Shown piece after piece: positions 61,918-64,000 of a stretch of 64,000 nucleotides of DNA. Within the stretch, counting starts at the first letter, position 1. Every line of letters starts with the position of its first letter. Origin of the DNA: Euprymna scolopes (lineage: Eukaryota); NCBI GenBank assembly GCA_053919585.1, contig CM132797.1. One strand, given 5' to 3'. Position numbers and translations under genes: made by a program. A model generated the notes under the pieces. That model saw only the letters and a program-made list of their open reading frames with translations. It ran no database searches and was not told the DNA's origin.

Positions 61918-62866
61918 AGCTGATGACACCACACTCTACAACAGGCATGACAGGAAAACAAATGAACACATATCTAAAGAAATGGCAAAAACACTAGAGG
62001 ATGACCTCCAATCTGTAGTGGAATGGGGACATAAATGGATGGTCACATTCAATGCTGCCAAGACTAAACTTGTTTCATTCAATAATTACAAGAAACCTTC
62101 TCTGCCACCAATAGCAATGGTCAGTGACTCCCTGTCTGAGAGTACATTTTTCAAACTGCTTGGCCTAACGTTCACAGGAAACATGAGTTGGAACAATTAT
62201 ATTGAAAACATTGCCAGGGCCGCTGCGAAAAAGGTAGGCTCTCTCTACCGTGCTAGAAAACTACTGACACCTGAAAGTATCCTGTACCTCTATAAGGCCA
62301 CAATTCGCCCATGTATGGAGTATTGTTGTCACATTTGGGCTGGTGCATCTGCTACTAGTCTCTCGCTCTTAGACAAGGTTAAAAAAAGAGTCGCCAATCT
62401 GATAGACCCTGAACTGGCATTCAAGCTTCAGCCTCTGTCCCATCGACGAAACGTTGCATCTTTCTGCCTGTTCTGTTCTACAAGTATTTTAATGGTGAAT
62501 GCTCTGACGAACTGCAGACACTTATGCCCCCACAACATAGACACCCTCGACAAACCCGACAGGCAGCTAAATCCCACCCCCACACAGTAGAGATCCCTAG
62601 ATGTAAAAGATCTTTCTACTCCAGTAGTTTCTTCCCCAGAACCGCTAGACTCTGGAATTCCATTCCAGGTTCCTGCTTCCCTAACTGTACTGACATGCAG
62701 AAGTTCAAGTGCAACGTGAACCGACATCTTGCTGCCCAAATCCCAATATAGTGCCCCAGTGGAGTAGTTGCTGCCTCTGATAGTAGCCCCCTACACCAAA
62801 GTGGCAATGCGCCTTGTTTAGAGTGAAAATATAATAATAAAAAAAAAATAAAATAAAAAAAAAAAG
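61918..62866 (+). mobile_element. CR1 3' fragment, subfamily B, A-rich tail
   Basis: ADDTTLY then ORFs 61982..62590 and 62524..62751. Confidence 0.92.
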
Positions 62867-63139
62867 TAGGATGTCTTTTATCTTAGTTTATATAAGTTTA
62901 TATATTTCTATGCATAGAATTAATTCCTAAACTAATTAAATCATGAATTTTGAAACCGAATTGCTAGGCTTAAGGGTGAGTAATATTGATTTATATTTAA
63001 TTTAGTTCTATACAAAAGGTGGAAGCCCTTTCTGAAAATTCAGATACTTTCAATTTCTCGTAAAATTTTAAGAATAATTATTAAACATTCTCAAAATTTC
63101 AATTTCTTTAGCATATTTTAAAATGATTTTTATATAATA

Positions 63140-63688
63140 CTAGCGAGCGTACCCGACGTTGATCGTGTGTTTGGAGGTGTGTGTGGCAACTCCGGGGGTG
63201 GGGAAGGGGGGGGGGGGCTAAAAAAACAAAGTAAGTGTGAGGATCGAATCTGAACCCTTGAGGCAAAGTTGTAAATTAAAGTGTGAAAAAAAAAAAGTGC
63301 GACGTTAACCATTGCCCCACCGCGAGATGCTAACGGAAACACGTTTGAATTTATTTAATTACTTGAATTTAGCGGGTGCTCCTTTTAATGAGTTAATGAG
63401 GTCAAGTTTGACTGCGAGATCTCATTTACTGCTGAACGCTTTTTTTTTTTCCCCCCAAGATGTTATAGGAAAAATACTAACCCACATGCGGCGAGCAACA
63501 AATATTGAATATTTACCTTCCCGAAATCGAGCAAATTAAATAGACAGGCGAGCTTCATTGTTAACTGTGAGATATTACGATTTATATGTGATAAGTTGTG
63601 AACCGACCGACCGCTTCTCTGAAAAAAGGCGTTTTGTTGACATACAGAAAAAGCAAACACACATACATACATACATACAAACACACAT

Positions 63689-63725
<37 letters not shown>

Positions 63726-63762
63726 TACATACATACATACATTTTCACTTTTATATTTATAG
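63140..63762 (-). mobile_element. Non-autonomous Helitron
   Basis: Minus strand: TCTATAAATATAAAAGTG 5' end, (TATG)n/(TG)n, ...CAACGTCGGGTACGCTCG-CTAG|T 3' end; ends related to 22494-22904. Confidence 0.75.
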
Positions 63763-64000
63763 AAGGTGGTCACAACATCCTATTAGAAAATTCAAATGTC
63801 TTGGATATGCACTGAATGTGATCCATCATACTTAGACAACAAGCAAAATTCTCTGGATTATTTATCTCTTAACATTTGTTAAGTTTAAGCCTCAAGTTAT
63901 AGACATTTTCTAGAATCTAGATCCTGGATTTTGATTGAAATTGAAATAAGGATTACACAAGATTTTTATTTTGAGTATTTTGTTTTTCTATTTTATAATA

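Overview
AT-rich eukaryotic (animal) genomic DNA. The repeat content suggests a mollusc, possibly an octopod cephalopod, but this is inference. The window holds the 5' part of one host gene, SCFD1/Sly1 (SM-family regulator of ER-Golgi SNAREs), on the + strand. I traced 14 GT-AG exons from the ATG at 6494 to 61589; they splice in frame to 1269 nt / 423 aa, and the gene runs off the right edge. The rest is intron or intergenic sequence full of mobile DNA: about 16 CR1 (Zenon-like) LINE fragments in two subfamilies, RTE and L1/Tx1 remnants, a nearly intact irritans-type mariner, a decayed Hsmar1-like mariner, the 5' end of a Gypsy element, non-autonomous Helitrons, hAT- and Merlin-like MITEs, three 5S-rRNA-derived SINE heads and a 4.4-kb 27-bp satellite. 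The most interesting signal is a dispersed non-coding family carrying minimal type-I hammerhead ribozyme motifs, often arranged as foldback pairs. It looks like a Penelope-derived or retrozyme-like element. All coordinates were read by eye; TE boundaries are approximate unless TIRs or TSDs are quoted.
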